DNA from: Candidatus Daviesbacteria bacterium RIFCSPHIGHO2_02_FULL_36_13
GTDB lineage: Bacteria; Patescibacteriota; Microgenomatia; Daviesbacterales; UBA10151
DNA: 64,000 nt
Direction: 5' to 3'
NCBI GenBank assembly: GCA_001777015.1
Contig: MFCV01000044.1
Location: forward strand, 16,786 to 80,785
Shown: in pieces, positions 41,205-48,431 of the stretch
Position numbering within the stretch: position 1 is the stretch's first letter
Layout: each line of letters starts with the position of its first letter
Made by a program: the position numbers and the translations under genes
The notes under the pieces: generated by a model
What the model was told of the DNA's origin: nothing
What the model saw: the letters and a program-made list of their open reading frames with translations, nothing else
The model's database searches: none

Positions 41205-42350
41205 CTATAGTTTTAGGTTAGGAAGGTTATTAGAAATAATAGCCTTCCTGATTTTTTTGACTAAATTGGTTACAAAATAAATGTTGTGATAAGTGGCAAG
41301 TTCGTGGTATAAAATCTCCCCTGATAAATATAAATGTCTAAGATAGGCTCTGGAAAAGTTTTGACAAGTGTAACAGCTACATTGAGGATCAATTGGTTTC
41401 TTATCTGCCTTATATTTAGATTGTCCAATGCTGAGTGTTTGGTTATTAGAAACATACAATGATCCAAATCTAGCTCTTCTGGTAGGAGCCACACAATCAA
41501 ACATATCAACTCCCCTTTTTATGCCTTCTATTAAATCTTCTATCTCCCCTATCCCCAAAAGATGCCTTATTTTATTCTCACTAACCTGCGGCAAAGTATA
41601 ATCAATCATCTGGTACATTTGTTTTTTAGTTCCATAAATTCCCCCCAAAGCAATGGCTTCAAAATTTTGATCTGTAAACTTGGCAGATCTAATCCTAAGT
41701 TTCTTATTAGTACCACCATGGACAACCCCATACATTAATTGTTTGGAATCCAATTTTTTAAAAGCAGCTAAAGACCTTTTAGCCCATCCTTCTGTCCTTT
41801 CAATAGATTCCAAAAGATGTTTTGCGTCATCTCTATATTCATGGTCATCAAAAGCCACTGTTAAATCTGCACCCAAATGCAATTGTAACTCCATAGATTT
41901 TTCTGGAGTTAAGATATGAGTTGATCCATCTAAGTGGGATTGAAAAGTGACTCCCTCCTCAGTAATTTTGTTTAACTTAGGTCTTGGTGATTCTTTAACT
42001 TTTCCATTTTTTGAGCTCACAACTTTACTGGATCCTTCTTCCATCCCCCCACCTAATGAGAATACCTGGAAGCCCCCTGAATCAGTCATAATCGGCCTGT
42101 CCCACCCCATAAACTTATGTAGGCCACCAAAGCTCTTTATCACCTTAACCCCTGGTCTGAGCATTAGATGATAAGTATTAGCCAAAACCATCTGAACACC
42201 TATTTCGTTCAAGTCTTTTGGAGACATAGCTTTAACTGTAGCTTGAGTACCAACTGGGTTAAAATTAGGAGTCTCAATAACTCCATGAGGAGTTTCCAAA
42301 AGCCCTACCCTTGCTTTCCCATCTTTATGTAAAATTTTGAAATTACTCAT
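41205..42350 (-). CDS. tgt: tRNA-guanine transglycosylase
   Basis: PVGTQATVK, LANTYHL, TDSGGFQVFSL, FDCVAPTR, CSCYTC zinc site. Confidence 0.96.
   Translation of the reverse strand: MSNFKILHKDGKARVGLLETPHGVIETPNFNPVGTQATVKAMSPKDLNEIGVQMVLANTYHLMLRPGVKVIKSFGGLHKFMGWDRPIMTDSGGFQVFSLGGGMEEGSSKVVSSKNGKVKESPRPKLNKITEEGVTFQSHLDGSTHILTPEKSMELQLHLGADLTVAFDDHEYRDDAKHLLESIERTEGWAKRSLAAFKKLDSKQLMYGVVHGGTNKKLRIRSAKFTDQNFEAIALGGIYGTKKQMYQMIDYTLPQVSENKIRHLLGIGEIEDLIEGIKRGVDMFDCVAPTRRARFGSLYVSNNQTLSIGQSKYKADKKPIDPQCSCYTCQNFSRAYLRHLYLSGEILYHELATYHNIYFVTNLVKKIRKAIISNNLPNLKL
41220..41258 (+). terminator. intrinsic terminator inside the antisense 3' end of tgt
   Basis: AGGAAGGTTATTA-GAAA-TAATAGCCTTCCT stem followed by T7. 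Confidence 0.6.
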
Positions 42351-42368
42351 CTTGTTAATTATAGATAT

Positions 42369-43424
42369 CTAGCTTCCGTCCTTCCACAACCAAACTTGAT
42401 TTTTAAGTTGTTGAGTTAATTTAAAGCTATTAGCATGACCTAAAAAGCCTAAGTATGACTGTAGAGATTGATTAAAAGTATCTGAGTTTATTTTTGTTTG
42501 TAGTTTCTTAAACATTCTCTTTCTTGTCCTGGTTCTGGGTAAAATATAATGAGGCAATATGACATACCCTAAAAAATCAATTCCTTGAGTATATTTTCTT
42601 ATCTTAATTTTGTTAGGATGCAAGGATAGTTCAAGACCATTTTTTAGAAATTCTTCTATCCTAGGTATTAAGTTCTCCAAATAATCCTTATCCCTTGATA
42701 AAACTACAAAATCATCTGCATAACGCACGTAGTATTTAACCCTTAACTTATGCTTCATAAACTGGTCAAGTTCATTCATGTAAATATTGGCAAAAATTTG
42801 GCTAGTCAGATTGCCAATTGGGATACTTTTTTCTTCAGAAAAGCTTTTTAGAATATTTTCTAAAAGCCAAATTAAGTCCTTATCGTATATCTTTTTTCTA
42901 ATAAGACTTAACAAAATATTGTGGTCAACACTTGCAAAAAACTTCCTTATATCAAGCTTTAAACAATAACATTCCCCCTTATAATTGTTACTAACTTTTC
43001 TAATAAAAACGTTTAATCTTTTAACTGCTCTATGAGTTCCTTTATTTACCCTACAGGAATATGAATCATAAATAAAACTTTTATCAAAAAGCGGTTCAAT
43101 TGCAGACACTATGGCGTGATGAACTATCCTATCTTCAACTGTAGCCTTATGAATATTGCGGAATTTAGGATCATAAATGTTAAATGCCATATAATAAGCA
43201 TGCATATAAGTTTTTGTTTTTAAGTTCTCAAATAAATTAAAAAGATTATCTTCTAAGTTCTTTTCGAAAATTTGTACATCTTTCCTTCGCCTCTTACCCA
43301 CTTTAAATCCATTCCAGGCTTGAAATAGGCTCTCAATTGATATAAGATTCGAATAATCGAATCTTGCGACTTTGTCTAAAGATCCCATTTCCTCTGCCTT
43401 TTCAAATATTTTAGAATTTTCCAT
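42369..43424 (-). CDS. DGR reverse transcriptase
   Basis: DRIVHHA, YSCR..KGTH, KLDIRKFFASVDH, IPIGNLTSQIFANIY, YVRYADD, GIDFLGY; start uncertain (ATG 43388, 43424 or 43517). Confidence 0.96.
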   Translation of the reverse strand: MENSKIFEKAEEMGSLDKVARFDYSNLISIESLFQAWNGFKVGKRRRKDVQIFEKNLEDNLFNLFENLKTKTYMHAYYMAFNIYDPKFRNIHKATVEDRIVHHAIVSAIEPLFDKSFIYDSYSCRVNKGTHRAVKRLNVFIRKVSNNYKGECYCLKLDIRKFFASVDHNILLSLIRKKIYDKDLIWLLENILKSFSEEKSIPIGNLTSQIFANIYMNELDQFMKHKLRVKYYVRYADDFVVLSRDKDYLENLIPRIEEFLKNGLELSLHPNKIKIRKYTQGIDFLGYVILPHYILPRTRTRKRMFKKLQTKINSDTFNQSLQSYLGFLGHANSFKLTQQLKNQVWLWKDGS

Positions 43425-43839
43425 ATGGATACAAATAAACAAAGTTTGCCAGATAAATCTAGTAAAGATATTCACACACACACACACACACACAGCATAT
43501 AGTTTTGATATTCCCATTTTTCAAAAACTATATGATTTCTATTTGCTCTTATACCAAAGCTTAAAACTTTTTCCCAAAAAGGATCGTTTTACTCTTGGAC
43601 AGAAGATAGACAATCTTGCTTTAATAATTTTTGAGCAGGTTTTTGCAGCAGGAACAACTACACCAGATAGGAAATTACCTATACTAGAAAAATCTATTGC
43701 CTCTTTAGATCTTCTTAAGATACTAGTAAGGCTAGCCAAAGATATACAAGCTCTAGATAATAAAAAATATCTCCAGCTAGAGCAAGCCCTGCAAGAAATA
43801 GGCAGAATGCTTGGTGGCTGGAGAAAATCTTTAAAATGA
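43425..43839 (+). CDS. avd: DGR accessory variability determinant Avd, out of frame at a (CA)11 tract
   Basis: IPIFQKLYDFY...FPKKDRFTLGQKI...EIGRMLGGW; the ATG 43425 frame stops at TAG 43500-43502 unless the repeat number changes. Confidence 0.85.
43473..43494. repeat. (CA)11 dinucleotide microsatellite
   Basis: 22 nt of perfect CA repeat; the only such tract I saw in the window. Confidence 0.97.
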
Positions 43840-43869
43840 GCAAGCTCTCTTTCAGATAACAAGACCCTA

Positions 43870-43995
43870 CCACGGAAGAACGCCCACCCAAGTTCGGATT
43901 GTGATTGTCAGACTTCAGATTCCAATTGACGTTCAAGTTGCCATTCGAATTGAAGTTCGCATTAACGACCTTACCATCGTTCCGAGACTCAAGCA
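43870..43995 (-). ncRNA. DGR template repeat (TR)
   Basis: 126-nt ungapped match to 44387-44512; 12 AAY codons in the target frame. Confidence 0.95.
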
Positions 43996-44298
43996 TTATG
44001 TTGCTTTATGCCATCTTTCATCACTGTAGCTAGAACTATTTCTTACTACTGTATTTCATTTGGGAGTACCTGCAAAACAGGATCTCCGCCAGCATAAAAC
44101 AAGGAGTGTCTTGTTTTTCTTATTGTACGCTTCCAAAATCCTTAGATTTTAGAATTCTGACAAGTTGTTTGAAAAACAACAATTTCAGTATCCTGACAAC
44201 AATATTGTTAGGAGTATTAACCTACTTTCAAAGTAAATATAAGCATCTGCTTCGCATTTCGCAAGAGGGTATTTTAGCTCGTACTAGCAGAGCTTGCC

Positions 44299-44315
44299 TT
44301 TTTCCTTCGGAAAAA
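44299..44315 (-). other. hairpin with GAA loop downstream of VR (candidate homing cruciform)
   Basis: minus strand TTTTTCC-GAA-GGAAAAA, about 70 nt 3' of VR. Confidence 0.5.
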
Positions 44316-44369
44316 CGTAAAAAAATTCGGAAAGTTCAAAGGGGCAAAAAAGAACAAAGAATCAAAAGC

Positions 44370-45170
44370 TTAAGCTTTTTTCACTCCCACGGAAGAACGC
44401 CCACCCAAGCTCGGATGGTGATCGTCAGACTTCAGATACCAATGGACGCCCAAGTAGCCATCCGAATAGAAGTCCGCATCAACGACCTCACCACCGAGCC
44501 GAGACTCAAGCAAACGAGACCAAGTAGAACCTTGATCAAAGTATTCACCTGTTAAAAGTTTGTGATCCTGTGAAGCAATAATATATTCTGTAGCTGTTAA
44601 ACCTTCTCTATTCGCTTTTTTAAGTTGATCCTTTAGTTGCTTCTCAGTCGTATCAAGATATGGGGCATTAGTAGTGGCTTCTGTGTATCTCCAACCAGAA
44701 TGATCTACTTCATTAGTTACGCTAGTATTTTCTGCAACAGAATGGCTTTGCATAGCAGGCCATATTTTACCTAAAAGATGTCTTGTAGCTTGTGTGGATA
44801 ATTCAGTAGGAACAAATATAGGTCTGTCTCCTCTTAAGATGTGTTCATTTAAATCTGCTTGGCTACCTTCAAAAGCAGGAACTGCGATATTAAGACCAAC
44901 TTGCTCTCCCCGAACTCTCCATTCTAACTGCCAACTTGAAGTTACAGCCTCAGGAGTATTTAATCTTCCAGCTCTAAATTCAGCCACAACTGAAGCCAAA
45001 GGATCTTGTTCAACCAATATTTGACCATTTTCAGTAAACCAACCTCTTGCATTACCTCTACCAGCTCGTTTCATCAGGTCTTTTAAACCCTCTGCTCTTT
45101 TAACATCACCAGCATTAACTGCTGCTCGTCTTTCTGCACCAAGAGCGTTTTGAATCACTTCGTGTGTCAT
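44370..45170 (-). CDS. DGR target protein with C-terminal variable region (probable C-type-lectin-like fold)
   Basis: VR encodes the last ~45 aa, ending LGGRSSV; no signal peptide or TM. Confidence 0.92.
   Translation of the reverse strand: MTHEVIQNALGAERRAAVNAGDVKRAEGLKDLMKRAGRGNARGWFTENGQILVEQDPLASVVAEFRAGRLNTPEAVTSSWQLEWRVRGEQVGLNIAVPAFEGSQADLNEHILRGDRPIFVPTELSTQATRHLLGKIWPAMQSHSVAENTSVTNEVDHSGWRYTEATTNAPYLDTTEKQLKDQLKKANREGLTATEYIIASQDHKLLTGEYFDQGSTWSRLLESRLGGEVVDADFYSDGYLGVHWYLKSDDHHPSLGGRSSVGVKKA
44387..44512 (-). repeat. DGR variable repeat (VR)
   Basis: 110/126 identical to TR; all 16 mismatches are at TR adenines. Confidence 0.95.
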
Positions 45171-45180
45171 ATAGTTTGAT

Positions 45181-45209
45181 ATATTACTATTCTATAGGGT
45201 GTTTGTCAA
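45181..45209 (-). promoter_or_regulatory. sigma70-type promoter of the DGR target gene
   Basis: TTGACA-17 nt-TAATAT, ending 10 nt before ATG 45170. Confidence 0.6.
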
Positions 45210-45213
45210 ATAT

Positions 45214-45510
45214 CTAGGCAGCTTCAGTCAGTGGTTCAAGTCTAAGCTCAGGTGGAACATTTACACCGCTATCTTCTTCCAAAGTCTCTACTCTTTCTTC
45301 CACTTTACGAATATTTGAATCATTTATCTTGTACATATCTCCATAGGCATTAATCTTTTGTTCAATTGTTGCTACTCCTGCAGAAGCAGCATCAAGCTGG
45401 CTTTTAATCGCAGCCAAACCGTTATCAGGATCATCAAGTCTCTGATTTATTGGCTCTATAGCTTTATTAACCACTTCTTCAACTATTGCTTTTAATCTAT
45501 TTTCATCCAT
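45214..45510 (-). CDS. hypothetical coiled-coil protein
   Basis: heptad-rich helical ORF co-oriented with its neighbours. Confidence 0.65.
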   Translation of the reverse strand: MDENRLKAIVEEVVNKAIEPINQRLDDPDNGLAAIKSQLDAASAGVATIEQKINAYGDMYKINDSNIRKVEERVETLEEDSGVNVPPELRLEPLTEAA

Positions 45511-45560
45511 GTTTTTATCCTAAGTTAACTCCCTATAAAAATCAAGGCAGATTATCTATA

Positions 45561-47270
45561 TCATTCCCAGGCAAGGGTCTTTTTGGATAATCTTTCCAGT
45601 TCTATTCTTGGCCTATCTTTAAAGAAATTTCCCCCAGCAATTTGATCTTTTAGCTTTTCTACCAAAAAGTCCCCTGCTAAAATTTCTGGGATGATAACAA
45701 AGTCTGCTCCAGCTTTATAGAAATCTTTAGCATCATCTGCAGATTCTGCTCTAACAATTACAGGAATATCAATTTTTCTTGTTTTTAGTTCCTCCAAAAG
45801 CAGCATATTATCCTCCAGGCTTGAGGAAGTTGAAATAATCATCCTGGCATTTTGTAAGTTTAATCCATCCAAAACCTCAGGATCTCCCATATCCCCATAC
45901 AAAACCGGTATTTTTTCCTTTAACAAAGCCTCTACCTGAGAAGGGTTAAAATCTAAAACAATTTGTGGAATATTTTCCCTTTTAAGTAATTTAACTAACT
46001 CCCCTCCAATTTTTCTTCCTCCAATTAAAACCACATGCCCTCTCAAATTATTATCAGAACTCCCCTCTTCTAAAAAGTGTTTAAAGTTTTTCCTTTCAAA
46101 AAAACCCAAAATCCTGCTTAATTTTTTATAAAGCTTATTGGAGTGAGTAATCATAATGGAGGCAATAATCATAGACAGTACTGCTGATAAAGCAATGGTA
46201 GTTAAAGCAGATTGGGATACAACTTTAAGCTGAAATCCCACCAGCAGTAAAATCAAAGAAAACTCACTGATGTGAGTTAAATTTAAAGATGTTTGAAAAA
46301 TAGTGTGTTTCCTGAATCCAAAAATTCCTAAAATCAGAAGAAATATAATGGGTTTAAAAAGTAAGGTATAGCCAGTAAAAAGAAGAGTCAAGGGATAGAT
46401 TTTGGAAAAATCTAGAAATTGAACCTGCGTTCCTAAATATACAAAAAATAAAGTAACAAAAAATTCTCTTAAAGGCTTTACTTTTCCCTGAATCTGATAA
46501 TGCAAAGGAGAATTGGCAAGGGCAATGCCTGCCAAAAATGCTCCTATAACAACGGAAAATCCGAGGAATATAGACAAAGATATATAGATAAAACACCAAG
46601 CCAAAGCTGTTATAAACAACAGCTCGCTTTGCCTGGATACAGCCCTAAAAATGGTAGGCAAGATGAACTTACTTAAACTTATGGCCAGTCCAAAAAGCAG
46701 TAAAGCTTTTAAAATCAAAGCTACTATTGGAAAAGCCTGTTGTAAACCCAATCCAAAAATAGAAGTAGAAGCTGTCAGGAAAACCAGCAGTAAAACTGCC
46801 AGCAAATCTTCTAATAACAAAATGCCCACAGCTAACTTGCCATAAAGGGCTCCTATATCTCTTTTATCTATAAGCAGCTTTATAACCAAAATTGTTGAGG
46901 AAAAAGATAAACCAACCCCTAAATACCAGGACTCCATTATCCCAAATCCTAAAACCCTGGCCAGAGAGGAACCTGCAATTGTAGTAATAATAATCTGCAA
47001 AGTCCCTGCCAGTATTATTGGCCTGCCTAAATTCCTGATTTCTCTTAAATCAAGCTCCATTCCCACTAAAAATAAAACAAAAGCAATTCCAATTTCAGGC
47101 AAAAAATGTAAAACCTCAGAGGCTCTTGGGTCAAAAATAGCAGTAGTGGCAATAAGCAACCCTCCAACTAAATAGGCAATCAAAAGAGGCAGTTTAAATT
47201 TCACCACTATATAGCCTAAAGTTGAAGCCAATCCTAATATTATTGCTAACTGAATAAAGATATTGTCCAT
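45561..47270 (-). CDS. CPA2/Kef-type cation:proton antiporter with TrkA-N domain
   Basis: GIAFVLFLVGMEL, SSTILVIKLL, GILLLED, GAFLAG, C-terminal YGD/GADFVIIPE. Confidence 0.9.
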   Translation of the reverse strand: MDNIFIQLAIILGLASTLGYIVVKFKLPLLIAYLVGGLLIATTAIFDPRASEVLHFLPEIGIAFVLFLVGMELDLREIRNLGRPIILAGTLQIIITTIAGSSLARVLGFGIMESWYLGVGLSFSSTILVIKLLIDKRDIGALYGKLAVGILLLEDLLAVLLLVFLTASTSIFGLGLQQAFPIVALILKALLLFGLAISLSKFILPTIFRAVSRQSELLFITALAWCFIYISLSIFLGFSVVIGAFLAGIALANSPLHYQIQGKVKPLREFFVTLFFVYLGTQVQFLDFSKIYPLTLLFTGYTLLFKPIIFLLILGIFGFRKHTIFQTSLNLTHISEFSLILLLVGFQLKVVSQSALTTIALSAVLSMIIASIMITHSNKLYKKLSRILGFFERKNFKHFLEEGSSDNNLRGHVVLIGGRKIGGELVKLLKRENIPQIVLDFNPSQVEALLKEKIPVLYGDMGDPEVLDGLNLQNARMIISTSSSLEDNMLLLEELKTRKIDIPVIVRAESADDAKDFYKAGADFVIIPEILAGDFLVEKLKDQIAGGNFFKDRPRIELERLSKKTLAWE

Positions 47271-48028
47271 TTAAGATCCTCCGGCAGCTCACTTTCTACT
47301 TCCATCCAGCCATCCTTCGGATGGTAAAACCCAAGTTTTCTGGCATGCAGGAAAAGTCTTGGACAAAACCTTTTGTCCAACCTATACATCTTCCGCCCCA
47401 CATACTTTTCATCAGACACTATTGGTTTTTGGATGTGTTTTAAATGTACCCTAATTTGGTGAGTCCGTCCAGTTTTTGGAAAACATCTGAGGAGTGTGAA
47501 TTGACCATACCCCATGTTTTGAAGCTTTCGCATTTGAATTTTGTTGTAGTCAGAAAAAATTTCTTTTAATTTATCTTCTGTAAATTTATAACTTTGAATG
47601 GGTTCATACTCCGTACTGGCTTCTTTGCCACCCTCATCCAAAACTATAAATTTTTCTCTATTACCAGGATTGCGTCCTATATCCCCTTCCACAACTCCAG
47701 GAGCCTCCACCAACCCGTGAACCAATGCCAAATATTCTTTTTTGGTTTTCCTATCTTTGAATTGGGCTTGTAAATTCTCTAGAACCTCATCTGTTTTAGC
47801 CACCAATAATACTCCTGAAGTTTCCTTATCTAACCTGTGAACTATTCCTCCGCGTTTTACTTTGTTTCCACGAGCAATCAACCAATCTTCAAGAGTCTCA
47901 GATTTATTATCGCTTGCGATATCAAGGAGTCGACTTTCATTAGTCGACGAGTTATCCACCACCATCCCAGAGGGTTTATCAATCACCATTAGATAATCAT
48001 CTTCAAAGAGGATATTAACTTTTGGCAT
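47246..48028 (-). CDS. RluA/RluD-family pseudouridine synthase
   Basis: IDKPSG, VHRLDKETSG, TGRTHQIRVH, LFLHA. Confidence 0.93.
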   Translation of the reverse strand: MPKVNILFEDDYLMVIDKPSGMVVDNSSTNESRLLDIASDNKSETLEDWLIARGNKVKRGGIVHRLDKETSGVLLVAKTDEVLENLQAQFKDRKTKKEYLALVHGLVEAPGVVEGDIGRNPGNREKFIVLDEGGKEASTEYEPIQSYKFTEDKLKEIFSDYNKIQMRKLQNMGYGQFTLLRCFPKTGRTHQIRVHLKHIQKPIVSDEKYVGRKMYRLDKRFCPRLFLHARKLGFYHPKDGWMEVESELPEDLKWTISLFS

Positions 48029-48419
48029 TAGGAGAAGACTTCTGCAGGTAGGATTTTATCTCTACTAATACTTCGTCAGGATTTAGGGCTGATTTTATTA
48101 AATATCCTTCCGCTCCAAGCTCAAAACATTGTTTTATAACAGTATCCTGACCTAAATTTGTTAAACAAACAACAGGACCATTTGGAGTTTTGGCAGGAGA
48201 TGTTTTTAAAGTTTTTAAAATATTAATTCCATCCATTTTAGGAAGCATAATATCTAAAAGTACCAAGGAAAACCCACCCTCAGTAATTTTTTTAAGTGCT
48301 ATTTCCCCATCAGCAGCCACATCCACTATATAGCCTTCTTCCTGCAGGAGTTCCTGATAAAACTCCCTTAAAAACTGATCATCCTCAACAATTAAAATTT
48401 TCTTTCCTGCATTATCCAT
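48015..48419 (-). CDS. single-domain response regulator
   Basis: ILIVEDD, LLDIMLPKMDG, LTN, YLIK. Confidence 0.93.
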   Translation of the reverse strand: MDNAGKKILIVEDDQFLREFYQELLQEEGYIVDVAADGEIALKKITEGGFSLVLLDIMLPKMDGINILKTLKTSPAKTPNGPVVCLTNLGQDTVIKQCFELGAEGYLIKSALNPDEVLVEIKSYLQKSSPNAKS

Positions 48420-48431
48420 ACTTAAATCATA

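Larger units (their letters stand above)
42369..45209. mobile_element. diversity-generating retroelement cassette (target/VR, TR, inverted avd, RT)
   Basis: RT, Avd and a TR/VR pair with adenine-only mismatches. Confidence 0.97.

Noticed and set aside
43715-43996. 93-aa Asn-rich ORF on minus
   Set aside because: It is the TR read in the target frame plus avd antisense; AAY richness is a TR property, not evidence of a protein.
44106-44555. 149-aa plus-strand ORF and other listed ORFs nested in or antisense to clear genes (e.g. 27490, 31682, 40065, 51611)
   Set aside because: They overlap better-supported genes or elements and show no family motifs.
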